Positions 26,501 through 35,376 of a stretch of 64,000 nt of DNA are shown here, in pieces. Every line of letters starts with the position of its first letter. Position 1 is the first letter of the stretch. The notes under the pieces are model-generated. The model had not been told where the DNA came from and made no database searches. It worked only from the letters and a program-made list of their open reading frames with translations. The translations under genes were made by a program, and so were the position numbers. The stretch is from Candidatus Iainarchaeum sp. (GTDB lineage Archaea; Iainarchaeota; Iainarchaeia; Iainarchaeales; JAAZKV01). The stretch lies in NCBI GenBank assembly GCA_026397015.1, contig JAPLVR010000003.1:160001-224000 (forward strand), written 5' to 3'.

Positions 26501-29043
26501 GTTGTAATGTGCGAAAGCCCATCAATAACATCAATAATTTCACTTTTTCCGAATTCATTGGTTTCTTCCAAATCATCAAGCGCATCCGTTGCCGAATTCA
26601 AGCTTTCAGTTGCCGCTTCCAAATTTGCTATTGTTTCTTCGTGTGCGCCCTTTGCCATTTCCAAATATTTTTTAGCATCCGCATCATCGCTTGATGCAGA
26701 GTAGAAAGCATCAATTGCAGCAGCTTCCAATGCTTTTTGGGCATAATTTACAGCATTTTTGGAACTTTCAACTGCCGCATTGGCGGATTCCAACGAAGCC
26801 TTTGCAAATTCTAATGTTTCATCCGCACTTGCTTTTCCGTCCCCCTCAGACAATGTCATCACTGAATCTACTGCTTGCATCATGCTCGTAACACTATCAA
26901 GAATTAACAAAAAACCTTCAAAATAACTTATTTCATATGCGGTTTTTGCAGTGACATATGAAGAAGCGACTTTGCCAGCAGCTGGAATTGCAATCAGTGT
27001 GCCGGCTGTTGCAGCAGATGGCCCACAAACCGAACCTGCAATAGCCGCCGCAGTTACAGAAGCAACGTACATGTTTACTGCATAATCCCCTCCAGTGAAC
27101 AATCCCCAGTTCACAACACAAACAGCTCCTTGAGCGGTTAACTCCGTAAGCGCCAATGTTAACTGAACTGTCGCAACCGTCTTCCCGTAATCCGTTCCTT
27201 CCCCAAATGAATCAACTGCAGCTTGCGCAGCATCGACAGCGGATTGCGCGGCATCTTTTACTTTGAGGGCTTCCTCATGAGCTTTTATTGAATCCAAATA
27301 AGCTTTTTTTATCAAAGCATTTCGCGGAGCGGAAAACGCCTGCGCCGTTGCGCGCGCCTCATCAATTTGCTTCAGAGTTTCTGTCAGGGACGCCTGATAT
27401 TTTCCGACGCCTGCTTCTTTTCCTAAGTTGTTCCACCAGCCGCTTCCACCGGTGGAAGTGTCTTTTGATGTGCTTGAACTATTTACATCAGTAGAACCGC
27501 TTCCGCCTGAATTTGAATCAGCGGACAATGCTTCGCCTGCATTTGCATAAATGTCGCAGATGCTTGCATTCACATGAACGTCTTCCGCAAGAGTCGGGTT
27601 GGAGACGCGAATGGAATCTTTCGTGCCATTTCCAAGCAGAGAAATCACAAACTTATCGGGCTTAAGCATCTCATCGCTTGGCTCAACAAAAACTTCTTTT
27701 TCCGCAATGAATGCTTTTTTGTAGCCGACAATGTTTGCGTGAACTGTTAAGCCGTAAACGCCCGGAATTTCTCCTTTTGTAATCATAATTGTTTTTTTGG
27801 AATTGCCGCGGGGGGAAAGGCTGAATGAAGCCGGAGAAATGTCAATTGAGCCCTCGCTCGCGCCGCCGGTGCACCCATCATCGCCGTCGCAGATATAGAA
27901 CGCTATTGAGTCGGAGCTGCAGGCGGAAGCGTCAATTGTAATTTCCGCGCTTTCTTCGCCCTTCGGAATAACTAATTCTGATTTTGAAAACTTTACGCAC
28001 TGCTCTAAATTGTCCAATGCAACATCAAAATTAATTCCGACTCCGTTTTGGTCCGAGCCGAACATCACCGAAAAATTTGCTTTCTGCCCCGCATACTCGA
28101 CAAAAGGGGTAAAAATTATTTTTGCGGGGTAATCGCTTTTCGTAGCGGAATTTGTTAAAAGCGCCGGAGAAAGGGAGAGCGTTCTTCCCATTAATTCTCC
28201 TTTCTTATCCGCCATAACCACCTCGACTGTCCCCATTTGTTTGCTGTTCCATTTTACGTAAGCATTCAAATCCGCCTTTGTGTCGCAACTTACTTTAAGT
28301 TTGAAATCCGTTTCGAGCATTCCGAAGGGAGTTGATTCTCTCACCGAACTTTTGTTGAGCGCGAGGCAGCCGTTTGAAAAGTAATCTTTTATTGTCACGT
28401 GGACAGGAATCGTTATTATTGTTGTTTCATTCGTATCGGGATTGAGAACGGTAATTAGAACATTGACATCGTATTCTCCGGGCGGCAATCCTTCGGGAGG
28501 AAAGAGGTCAAAGGAAATCCTTCCATTCGCATCCACAGCAGCATTTTCAACCAGCCACACTATTTTGCCGTCGGTGCTTTTTCCCTCCGCCTTAACTATT
28601 ATTGAATTTGGGGAAACCAGCGGCTCGCCCTTGATGCGCAGGGAAACTCTTGCGGAGGAATCGCCTGAAACCATAACTGCTTCCAACGGCGGGCCTTTTG
28701 AATTAATTGTTTTGTCTGCCTTTCCGTCCTGGAAATGCTGAATCGTTCCGGCAACATCATTTCCTGAGTCGTCGGTAAACGAGTATGCACCCGAACCGGA
28801 AAAATTTCCCGGATTCATTAAAACGAGCAAAATTATTATTGCGACAACGATTGCAACAGGAACGATAAGCTGATTTCTTTTATCTTCCAAAAAAAATTCT
28901 AACTTGGTCAAAAGCCCTTCCTTTTCCGCGCTTTCTTCCTCTTCATCGCCGTAAAAAGAGGGTTTGTATTCTCTGGGCGAATAGTCTTCTTCAATGTCAC
29001 CATAATAACTATCAGAACCCTTTGAGCGCTTTTTTGAAGCCAT
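23518..29043 (-). CDS. Giant membrane-anchored surface protein (~1840 aa)
   Basis: Charged N-tail, one TM helix, beta-rich domains, central Ala-rich coiled coils; ATG at 29043 preferred over the TTG start. Confidence 0.8.
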   Translation of the reverse strand: MASKKRSKGSDSYYGDIEEDYSPREYKPSFYGDEEEESAEKEGLLTKLEFFLEDKRNQLIVPVAIVVAIIILLVLMNPGNFSGSGAYSFTDDSGNDVAGTIQHFQDGKADKTINSKGPPLEAVMVSGDSSARVSLRIKGEPLVSPNSIIVKAEGKSTDGKIVWLVENAAVDANGRISFDLFPPEGLPPGEYDVNVLITVLNPDTNETTIITIPVHVTIKDYFSNGCLALNKSSVRESTPFGMLETDFKLKVSCDTKADLNAYVKWNSKQMGTVEVVMADKKGELMGRTLSLSPALLTNSATKSDYPAKIIFTPFVEYAGQKANFSVMFGSDQNGVGINFDVALDNLEQCVKFSKSELVIPKGEESAEITIDASACSSDSIAFYICDGDDGCTGGASEGSIDISPASFSLSPRGNSKKTIMITKGEIPGVYGLTVHANIVGYKKAFIAEKEVFVEPSDEMLKPDKFVISLLGNGTKDSIRVSNPTLAEDVHVNASICDIYANAGEALSADSNSGGSGSTDVNSSSTSKDTSTGGSGWWNNLGKEAGVGKYQASLTETLKQIDEARATAQAFSAPRNALIKKAYLDSIKAHEEALKVKDAAQSAVDAAQAAVDSFGEGTDYGKTVATVQLTLALTELTAQGAVCVVNWGLFTGGDYAVNMYVASVTAAAIAGSVCGPSAATAGTLIAIPAAGKVASSYVTAKTAYEISYFEGFLLILDSVTSMMQAVDSVMTLSEGDGKASADETLEFAKASLESANAAVESSKNAVNYAQKALEAAAIDAFYSASSDDADAKKYLEMAKGAHEETIANLEAATESLNSATDALDDLEETNEFGKSEIIDVIDGLSHITTVLYVARLSELYTAHTAIGSAQAEMVVATGTGGITVIATECLKCSGDEKCAAAYAKCLLITGVGGSDPALRTKLASISSGLTLEMVTSTLDILVTAGDVFAVFLNMMKDTGADIDGAKSAYESTISTYGDVIDVQQKAIDSLDAAIIAAGELSNDEKASSDAATYSSANFADSSYNKKRLAGLIASAVSHGYIAGAYEGGVYTTADTGTALTGTGTGLNTGNIGTSSQTNKFNSNKILLAGDSGSSDSTSAEDEAANFTEGLNKSFTQDCANRIDLGLTDYVINLVKDGKPIGVSNEGVGATWSFSDAKMFDVFEKQEVGVIFSNNGLVKNGYGTVTLNATKHIHGPLAESTDGNGADSSTSSSTEGDDSGLTVTTVKEKPKSSGNEEGGEIVKIDGQPFGPFNIPDASTETVSKKFHFKFNAAPRVEAATGLKLGSCSNGLTRGAEGKDALPNINLSWKWDGFDDSKYLDAAQMSIVLSKKLTAFDEALKSISASCPPNPSLEVLQIVKPSEYLPKDLPKCYLPLTTRLYDGKPALYYFVSGNADEFEKILNFNVKLMKDGFGTKFQQDFTKEYTTKILLSHPSFTDSDKGMAKYFRGANCYYSSEAAGFSASDRFVVPDAGEYSVRLLADLKDTGLFSSGAPSAKIIFQLYPVKPINDSFSVFYYSPFDGAVGMESSTDVIPEDGNVYDANSPGVADQNSPGTDKNGIVVVGGVSKRDGYGFGISGGNDDYFNVDNKGSIIESGSTALLNIPYRNAKSLFEINSLNSMRGKLFDYKYAYNPKGGTDANSYITFAPSFATPLIVSTHANSGEKAQLLYKPMRDSKDINSTSPGFLLLTGIGNGKCRDFSGTSAAKNYFLYPDSKFGGYYGLKFDEAVQGGDIYFKTIIYSPVSESYSIQPIQGTSLHTLQGSNANSAPLKGIGGMVFNDETNNSRIFSLEDLFDAVKQGDVCISNMGNRAMLFWNEGSLSTADASNGHSLSSREDSLSAGCIK

Positions 29044-29194
29044 TTTTCCCACTGAAAACCCGCAATTTTGCCGCAACAATTATTCAAAAACCTGCAACCT
29101 CGCTGTAACTATTATATGCAATCTTGCTATAACTATTATTTCTCTTTCATATATATATGCATGTTGTTCTGCGGAATTCATTAATTCAAACGCA

Positions 29195-30166
29195 TTAATC
29201 CCTTTCAATTATTTTGGTTTTAAAGCGGCTTTTCCTTTTTTTCAGCAAAACAATTCTTGACTCCTTTTTTTCTGATTCATATGCATAGGAAGGCATCTTT
29301 TCGAGCAGCTGTTCCGAATATGCTTTCACCTCGGAGTGGGAAGGCATTGCCTCGTACTTCAGGCGGCGCCTTGAAAAGCCGAGATTCATATACGCTTTAA
29401 CCTCGATGAAATCGCTTTGAACGGCTTCCAAAACTTCCGCAAATTCGCACAATGTTTCCTCGGAATAATTCAATTCTTTTATGAGTGTTAGGCGGATAAC
29501 CGTTCTGCACGGAAGCAGTTTCAGAAGCGCGAGAGATTTCAAATAATTTTTCCAGCCGTTTTTTTCGGTGTTGCATGTGATTTTTCTGTAAAGCCCTTTA
29601 TTTGGAGCCGCTATGGAAATGTAAAGCTGGGTCGGGAGGGAATTTTTTTCCCACAACTGGAAAAGCATTTTTGGGTTTTGGCCGTTTGAAACCAAAAAAA
29701 CCGTTTCTGTTTTTGGTCTTTTTTTCAAAAGTGAAATCAGCTGGGGAAGTTTTTTGTAAAGGGTGGGTTCGCCGCTCAAAGAAATCGCCCAGTGTTTTTC
29801 CTCCATCGCTTCGTCATATCTTTTTCTTGCAGAAGCGCCGCTGCTTTTGAATCCGCTGATAAGAATTTTTCTTTCTTCAATCAACCCTTCAATCATTTTT
29901 TCCGGAGAGAGCGGAGAAGGGGGTTTGCCTCGCATATATTCCATCGGGCGCCAGCAAAAGACACAGGAATTGTTGCACCACAAAGCACTCGGAGTAATCT
30001 GGTGGCAGCTGATGCAGTGCGCGCCGTAAAAGTCCTGCTTGTAGCAGTGCCCCTTGCCCCTGAGCGCTTTCTTGTTCCACTCGCACACCTGAATTGCGGC
30101 ATCGCCGTTGCCGAAGAAACGGTACTGCTTTTTCCTGAACTCCCTTAAAAGACTTTCCTTGTTCAT
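29195..30166 (-). CDS. taw1: 4-demethylwyosine synthase (radical SAM, TYW1/Taw1)
   Basis: CYKQDFYG, CNNSCVFCWR, AISLSGEPTLY, PTQLYIS, FIEVKAYM. Confidence 0.9.
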   Translation of the reverse strand: MNKESLLREFRKKQYRFFGNGDAAIQVCEWNKKALRGKGHCYKQDFYGAHCISCHQITPSALWCNNSCVFCWRPMEYMRGKPPSPLSPEKMIEGLIEERKILISGFKSSGASARKRYDEAMEEKHWAISLSGEPTLYKKLPQLISLLKKRPKTETVFLVSNGQNPKMLFQLWEKNSLPTQLYISIAAPNKGLYRKITCNTEKNGWKNYLKSLALLKLLPCRTVIRLTLIKELNYSEETLCEFAEVLEAVQSDFIEVKAYMNLGFSRRRLKYEAMPSHSEVKAYSEQLLEKMPSYAYESEKKESRIVLLKKRKSRFKTKIIERD

Positions 30167-30260
30167 TGAAATTATTGGAGTGAGGAGTTTTTTTAAACAG
30201 GAATTTTTTTAAACAAAACAGGCATTACTTCTAACAGCAAATATAAATCTGAGACAAAGG

Positions 30261-30707
30261 GTGAAAAAAATGGAGGGTTCAATACAATTCATTTCGAATT
30301 ACGAGGATTGGAAGGCAATAAAAAAAATAAAGATAACAGGGCAAACTAATCCGAGAACGGTTGCGGAGTTTCTTGCTGGCCTTTCAACGAGCCTTGATTC
30401 GAAAGTAGAATCAAATTTAAGAAAAATAGTCGCGCTCGACAAGCTGGACGCGGCGGTAAAAGAACTTGCATTCGGAAAAGGGGATTCGGCAAGGGCGCTT
30501 GAAGAAATCAATTCGAGAAAAATTTCTGCCGTAATAAACGAAATTATTGAGCTTCCAAATTTGCAGGCGAATGAAAAAAAGGAATTGCAGCAATTCTGCA
30601 GGGTTTATGCGACAAAAAAGGCCCTGAAAGAATGCGGGCTCATGGTTGATTATTCGGAAATCGATATTCCCGGAATGAAAAGGCTCAAGAAAAAAAAAGT
30701 TGAATAG
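30261..30707 (+). CDS. DUF2666-like archaeal protein
   Basis: IQFISNYEDW..IKKIKI N-terminus; IPGMKRLKK C-terminus. Confidence 0.55.
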   Translation: MKKMEGSIQFISNYEDWKAIKKIKITGQTNPRTVAEFLAGLSTSLDSKVESNLRKIVALDKLDAAVKELAFGKGDSARALEEINSRKISAVINEIIELPNLQANEKKELQQFCRVYATKKALKECGLMVDYSEIDIPGMKRLKKKKVE

Positions 30708-30790
30708 GTTAGAAAAAACCCTATAAATTAAAATAGGTTAGAAAAAACCCGATAAATTAAAATAGGTTAGAAAAAAATCCAATAAAAATA
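30703..30790 (+). repeat. Tandem repeat, 29-bp unit x ~3
   Basis: AATAGGTTAGAAAAAACCC(T/G)ATAAATTAA starting at 30703, 30732 and 30761 (third copy degenerate). Confidence 0.9.
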
Positions 30791-30843
30791 ATATCAAACA
30801 AAAATATCAAATAAAAATTCATCTGAGAAAAAAAGTGCTGTAA

Positions 30844-31680
30844 ATGTTCGACGAAATAATTGCCAACCAAATTTTGCAGGGATTCATGAGCCCCGCGCTT
30901 ACCTTATTTTTTCAAATAGTGACTTTCTTCGGCCACCCGATAATTTGGTTCGTTGCGGCTGCATGGCTTTTCTGGCTCGGAAAGGAAAAAAGAAGCGCAA
31001 TACTGGTTTCGCTTATCGTGGCGGTCGCAGTAATTTCAACCGGGGTTAAAACGCTGATTGCGAGGCCGCGGCCGGCGGGAATTGAAATACTTGAAATGCA
31101 GGACACGACCTATTCGATGCCCTCAAGCCACGCCGCAATAGGCGGGGCGATGTACGCGTTCTTTGAAAAAAAATTGGTCGGAAAATTAAAACCTCTTCAG
31201 GCACTCCTTCTCGCGGCAATAATTCTGATAGCGATTTCAAGAATCTATTTGGGCGTCCACTTCCTCAGCGACGCAATTGTCGGGCTTTTTTTGGGTTACA
31301 TCATTGCAAAGGCGGTTCTGATTTACGAAGAAAGAATGGTAAAAATAAATCTGGTAAAACTTGTCAAGATGGAATGGCCTTTCCTCCTTTCAATAATTTT
31401 CATCGCATCCATTCTTCTGATTCAACTGCTTCCGAGCGCCCTTTACGAGGCACAGACGCTTCTCGGGTATTATTTTGGTTTTATACTTCACAAACAGGGG
31501 CACAAAATATACGACGCAAAAAACAGGCCCCTAATACTTTTAATCGGAACCGCACTTCTTGCAGCAATCGGCTTTTTCGCGTATGAAATCGGGGGAATAG
31601 TCGGCGCTGTGCTATTCTTCACCGCCGGATTATTTGTAACGTTCATCTGGCCGTTTGCTTACTCAAAGTTGAAGCTTTAA
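30844..31680 (+). CDS. PAP2 family phosphatase
   Basis: KTLIARPRP, SMPSSHA, SRIYLGVHF. Confidence 0.9.
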   Translation: MFDEIIANQILQGFMSPALTLFFQIVTFFGHPIIWFVAAAWLFWLGKEKRSAILVSLIVAVAVISTGVKTLIARPRPAGIEILEMQDTTYSMPSSHAAIGGAMYAFFEKKLVGKLKPLQALLLAAIILIAISRIYLGVHFLSDAIVGLFLGYIIAKAVLIYEERMVKINLVKLVKMEWPFLLSIIFIASILLIQLLPSALYEAQTLLGYYFGFILHKQGHKIYDAKNRPLILLIGTALLAAIGFFAYEIGGIVGAVLFFTAGLFVTFIWPFAYSKLKL

Positions 31681-31735
31681 CCGGCTTCAAAAGTCAAGGA
31701 TAAAACTTTAAAAACAAAGCAGCAACTAATTATAG

Positions 31736-31848
31736 GGTTTTGTCCGCAAAGCGGAGAACCAATTGTTTGTGGCAGTTGCATTTGCGAAGTATGCTGCATC
31801 GAGCGAAAGCGAAGATGCTGCTCAGATGCCAACTGGCTGCAGCAGTTG
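31736..31848 (+). ncRNA. Structured putative 5' leader of tRNA-Tyr
   Basis: TATA-like TTTAAA at ~31707; hairpin TCCGC-AAA-GCGGA, then a long imperfect stem 31761-31847 capped by GC-GAAA-GC. Confidence 0.45.
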
Positions 31849-32022
31849 CCCCCCTTAGTTTAGTAGCTTGAACGCTCGGCTGTAGATATAGCCCTTTTCT
31901 TTTCGAAAGAAAAGTGCTATCATCCCAAAAGAAATTTTAGGATGCTTTTATTTCAGCGATTGCTGATACGAGTAAAAGGAATAGCTACCGAGAGATCCCC
32001 GGTGCAACTCTGGGAGGGGGGA
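31849..32022 (+). tRNA. tRNA-Tyr(GTA) with a 101-nt intron at 37/38 (31886-31986)
   Basis: C1:G72 acceptor CCCCCCT/AGGGGGG; CTCGG-CT-GTA-G|A-CCGAG; BHB central helix CTGT/ATAG. Confidence 0.9.
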
Positions 32023-32088
32023 TTACACTTATAGTGCAATTCAATCAATTAGCAAAGATTTATATTAATTAAAAAATATTGTGTTGAT

Positions 32089-32322
32089 ATGGGACTAAGA
32101 AGATTAATACGATTGAAAAAGCTTCAACGCTTGAAGAGGGATCCGGAGCGAAGAGCGCAACTTGAAGTTGCCCGGGACTTTAGAAGATACTCTAGAATTA
32201 ATCAGGAACCCAATTCACTTACTGGTGAAAAAGATCCAGGCATGTTACAAATTGCAAGCAAACAACGAGCAACCGCTAATAGAATTACAGCTGATCTGAA
32301 GAAAAAAAGAAAATCTCTGTAA
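32089..32322 (+). CDS. Small basic hypothetical protein
   Basis: 77 aa; TATA-like TTTATAT about 30 nt upstream (leaderless layout). Confidence 0.6.
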   Translation: MGLRRLIRLKKLQRLKRDPERRAQLEVARDFRRYSRINQEPNSLTGEKDPGMLQIASKQRATANRITADLKKKRKSL

Positions 32323-32519
32323 TTTGTTGCTAATCTACAGAATGGCGCTGGCTGCGGCAGTCGAGAAGGGGGAATTCCCTTTAGAGGGGCACCACCTAAA
32401 CTAGTTCGACCACAAACTCTTGTTTTTACTACACACGCCCCTCAACTGCAAAAAACACGCAATCTTACTTGTAAGAAATCCTTAAATATTAGTTTGAATA
32501 CAGTATTAACGGTGATTGG

Positions 32520-32768
32520 ATGCAGCCAATAGTTGAAACAACAAAGATGTCCACAAAAGGGCAAATAATAATACCTAAAGAAGTAAGGGATTTCACCCAA
32601 AGCAAGGAAAATACACTGTTTACAGTAACGCCAGTGAACACTGACACGATTATCCTCAAAAAATTAAACAGGCAAGAAATGGTGAAAGAATTCCAAAAAA
32701 TAAGGCAAGAAGTAAAAGGCAAGCTTTCAGAGGATGAAATCAATGACCTCATACACAAAGTTCGATAG
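32520..32768 (+). CDS. AbrB/MazE/SpoVT family antitoxin
   Basis: TKMSTKGQIIIPKEVR. Confidence 0.85.
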   Translation: MQPIVETTKMSTKGQIIIPKEVRDFTQSKENTLFTVTPVNTDTIILKKLNRQEMVKEFQKIRQEVKGKLSEDEINDLIHKVR

Positions 32769-33177
32769 CCGAAAACTCGTCCTAGACACAAACATAATAA
32801 TTTCAGCGTTAATAGGAAAGCACGGCGAATCGGCAAAACTATTCGAAAAACTAATCCAGGAAGAAATTGACAACTATACAAGCAAAGAAATCATCCAAGA
32901 AATAATTGACGTGCTAAACAGAAAAGAAATAATAAAAAGAACAGCAAAAGAAGCAAGAACATTCATCCTAGAACAATACCTCACACACTCAAAAATAGTT
33001 GTGCCAAAAGAAAAACACAAAATCACGGCACATGAATCAGACAACAAATTCATTGATACGGCAATTGAAGCAAAAGCAAGCTTTATCGTAAGCGGAGACA
33101 AACACTTGCTTGAAATAAAAGAATTTAAAGAAATAAAAATAATAAGAGCAAAAGAATACTTAGGCAACGGAAAATGA
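32734..33177 (+). CDS. PIN-domain toxin (VapC-like)
   Basis: VLDTNIIIS, DNKFIDTA, IVSGDKHLL; overlaps the antitoxin gene. Confidence 0.9.
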   Translation: MKSMTSYTKFDSRKLVLDTNIIISALIGKHGESAKLFEKLIQEEIDNYTSKEIIQEIIDVLNRKEIIKRTAKEARTFILEQYLTHSKIVVPKEKHKITAHESDNKFIDTAIEAKASFIVSGDKHLLEIKEFKEIKIIRAKEYLGNGK

Positions 33178-33277
33178 AAAGCAAACTGCCAACCAAGAAC
33201 AACCCGCGTGCAACTCTGGGGGGATTACATTTATATAATTCAAACGACTTATGCTTAGATTGGAGTGGTGATTTTAT

Positions 33278-33574
33278 TTGAATAAAAAATTTGGTTTAAA
33301 GTTTTTATTTGATCCGCAGTTTTTATTTGATTTACAGTTTTTAGCACTCAAAATTATAGGATTGCTGATTGCAACATATTTCATCTCAAACCTTTACTTT
33401 ACGGCAATCACAAGCACCTTTGCAAATTTGGAATATTTAACTTACTACTGGCCATTTTTTACTCTGGAAATATTAGCCGCTTTAATAGGGCTGTATTTAC
33501 TTTTTCGGCAAAAGAAATTCCCGGAAATGAAAATCCCTGAAAAACAAAAAAATGGGAATAAGAAAAAGAAATAA
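33278..33574 (+). CDS. Two-TM hypothetical protein
   Basis: RBS GGTGA, TTG start, two hydrophobic segments. Confidence 0.55.
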   Translation: MNKKFGLKFLFDPQFLFDLQFLALKIIGLLIATYFISNLYFTAITSTFANLEYLTYYWPFFTLEILAALIGLYLLFRQKKFPEMKIPEKQKNGNKKKK

Positions 33575-33648
33575 ATATGCGGAACGGCCCCGACTGCAGC
33601 AATCGGGGAGGGGATTTATTTTTATACAATTCTTTGTTTGATTTAGTC

Positions 33649-34746
33649 ATGAATAAATCAATGCGAGATGCTACGACTGAGCCTATTCTGGATTATTCCA
33701 AGTTGCTGCGCCCCGCCAACTTTATCGGGGCTTCTCAGGAGGGGATTATTTCTTTTGGTTCGGGCCAACCTGACCTTGCTCCGCCGCAGGAAGTTTTTTC
33801 CGGCTTAGGGTTGCACAGGACATTCAAATACGGGCCTGTTGCCGGGCAGGACACATTAAGGGAAGCGCTTGCGAAAGAAAACCCCTTGTTTAGCAAAGAG
33901 CATTTTGTTATAACTAACGGGTCTTCGGAAGCGCTGGATATTATTTTTCGCGTACTTGCAAAACCAAAAGACAAAATACTGATACACACGCCATACTACT
34001 ATTCGTACAAACCATTACTAGAGCTAAACAATTTTGAACCCGTATTAGTAAATACCGTCAAGGGGAAAATTGATATGGGGGATTTTAGAAAAAAAGTTGT
34101 GGGGGTCAAGGCTGTGTTGATTAATTCTCCGAGCAATCCTACCGGCGTGATTCAAGAAATCAGTGCGCTTAAAGAAATTGAAAAAATAACAAAAGACCTC
34201 GATATCCCTCTGGTGTCTGATGAAGTGTATAAGGACTTGATTTATGAGAGAGAAAATTATTCTCTTTCAGGGCCGCACGTGATTACGGTGAATTCATTCT
34301 CAAAAACATTCAACCTGTGCGGTTTGCGCGTAGGGTACTTATTCTCCAATGACTTGGGCATAGTAAACAAAGTGATTAATTTCAAGTCCCATAGCTCAAT
34401 GAACACTTCAATTCTTTCCCAAGAGATGGCAGTGAAAGCGCTTAGTGTTCCGAAAAAGTTTATACGGGACCAGGTCAAGATTTGGAAGAGCAGAAGGGAT
34501 TTGATATACGAGGGGCTAACTGAAATGGGCCTTGATTTGTGGAAACCGGAAGGCGCATTTTATGTTTTCCCAAAAATCGACAACCCCGAAAAATTCGTGT
34601 ATGAGATGCATAAATACCACAAGGTTATCACTTACCCCGGAACCTGGTTTGGAGACAACGAACGGGTAAGATTTTCTTACGCTCTTAACGCAAACAAAAT
34701 TGAGGAAGGACTAGAGCGAGTGAGAAAGTACTTACACCGCCCATAA
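33649..34746 (+). CDS. PLP-dependent aminotransferase class I/II
   Basis: GQPD, NSPSNPTG, SDEVY, SFSKTF...GLRVG, GAFY; start reassigned to the ATG at 33649. Confidence 0.9.
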   Translation: MNKSMRDATTEPILDYSKLLRPANFIGASQEGIISFGSGQPDLAPPQEVFSGLGLHRTFKYGPVAGQDTLREALAKENPLFSKEHFVITNGSSEALDIIFRVLAKPKDKILIHTPYYYSYKPLLELNNFEPVLVNTVKGKIDMGDFRKKVVGVKAVLINSPSNPTGVIQEISALKEIEKITKDLDIPLVSDEVYKDLIYERENYSLSGPHVITVNSFSKTFNLCGLRVGYLFSNDLGIVNKVINFKSHSSMNTSILSQEMAVKALSVPKKFIRDQVKIWKSRRDLIYEGLTEMGLDLWKPEGAFYVFPKIDNPEKFVYEMHKYHKVITYPGTWFGDNERVRFSYALNANKIEEGLERVRKYLHRP

Positions 34747-34883
34747 TTCTGGCACCGTAGCAACTCTGGAGGGGGATTTTTTTCTTATTACTGCACCGCC
34801 TTTAGGCAGTGCATATGTGTCGGTGCCAGCGGACGAAACCGCCGAACGATATGTTTAAATTCTGTAATTTACAGAATTTGTGC

Positions 34884-35246
34884 ATGACAAAGACTCGTAT
34901 AAGAACGCTTTCCAAAGAGGTAATAATTAACATAAACAAGAAATTCTCTGATGGAATAATGCGAAATGAGGGGGAAATAGACCACGTAGTGTACAAAGTT
35001 GCCGGTACCAGAGGGATAGATAGAAAAGCCGCTACATTGCTAATGGACATTGCAAGAAAGCATGCTTTCACTGACGGAAATAAAAGAACCGCTTATGAAT
35101 CAATGCTTACATTACTTGAACTGAATGGAAAAAAACTTGAAGTTGGAGAAACATCGAGATTTAATGTTGTTGTTTGGGTAGTAAAACCGAAAACAAATTT
35201 AGAGGAAATAATTACGTGGATAGCAAACCACACAAGGGGTAACTAA
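34884..35246 (+). CDS. Fic/Doc family toxin
   Basis: HAFTDGNKRTA Doc-type motif; start reassigned to the ATG at 34884. Confidence 0.85.
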   Translation: MTKTRIRTLSKEVIININKKFSDGIMRNEGEIDHVVYKVAGTRGIDRKAATLLMDIARKHAFTDGNKRTAYESMLTLLELNGKKLEVGETSRFNVVVWVVKPKTNLEEIITWIANHTRGN

Positions 35247-35247
35247 A

Positions 35248-35376
35248 ATGAAAGTAATAAAAGTCAAAGGAAAAAGAGAACCAATAACAATGGCTGAATG
35301 GAGTGACGTTAAAGAAATGGTTGAAAGACACCTAAAAGAAAACAAAACATTCTACGCACAACTAGCTGAATTATAA
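35248..35376 (+). CDS. Small putative antitoxin (42 aa, not in the ORF track)
   Basis: MKVIKVKGKREPITMAEWSDVKEMVERHLKENKTFYAQLAEL; starts 1 nt after the Doc stop; RBS AGGGGT. Confidence 0.6.
   Translation: MKVIKVKGKREPITMAEWSDVKEMVERHLKENKTFYAQLAEL

Noticed and set aside
30703-30790. Possible CRISPR array
   Set aside because: The units are contiguous with no unique spacers, and no cas genes were recognised.
31736-31848. SRP RNA or RNase P RNA
   Set aside because: Too short, and it lacks the SRP helix-8 and RNase P P4 consensus sequences.
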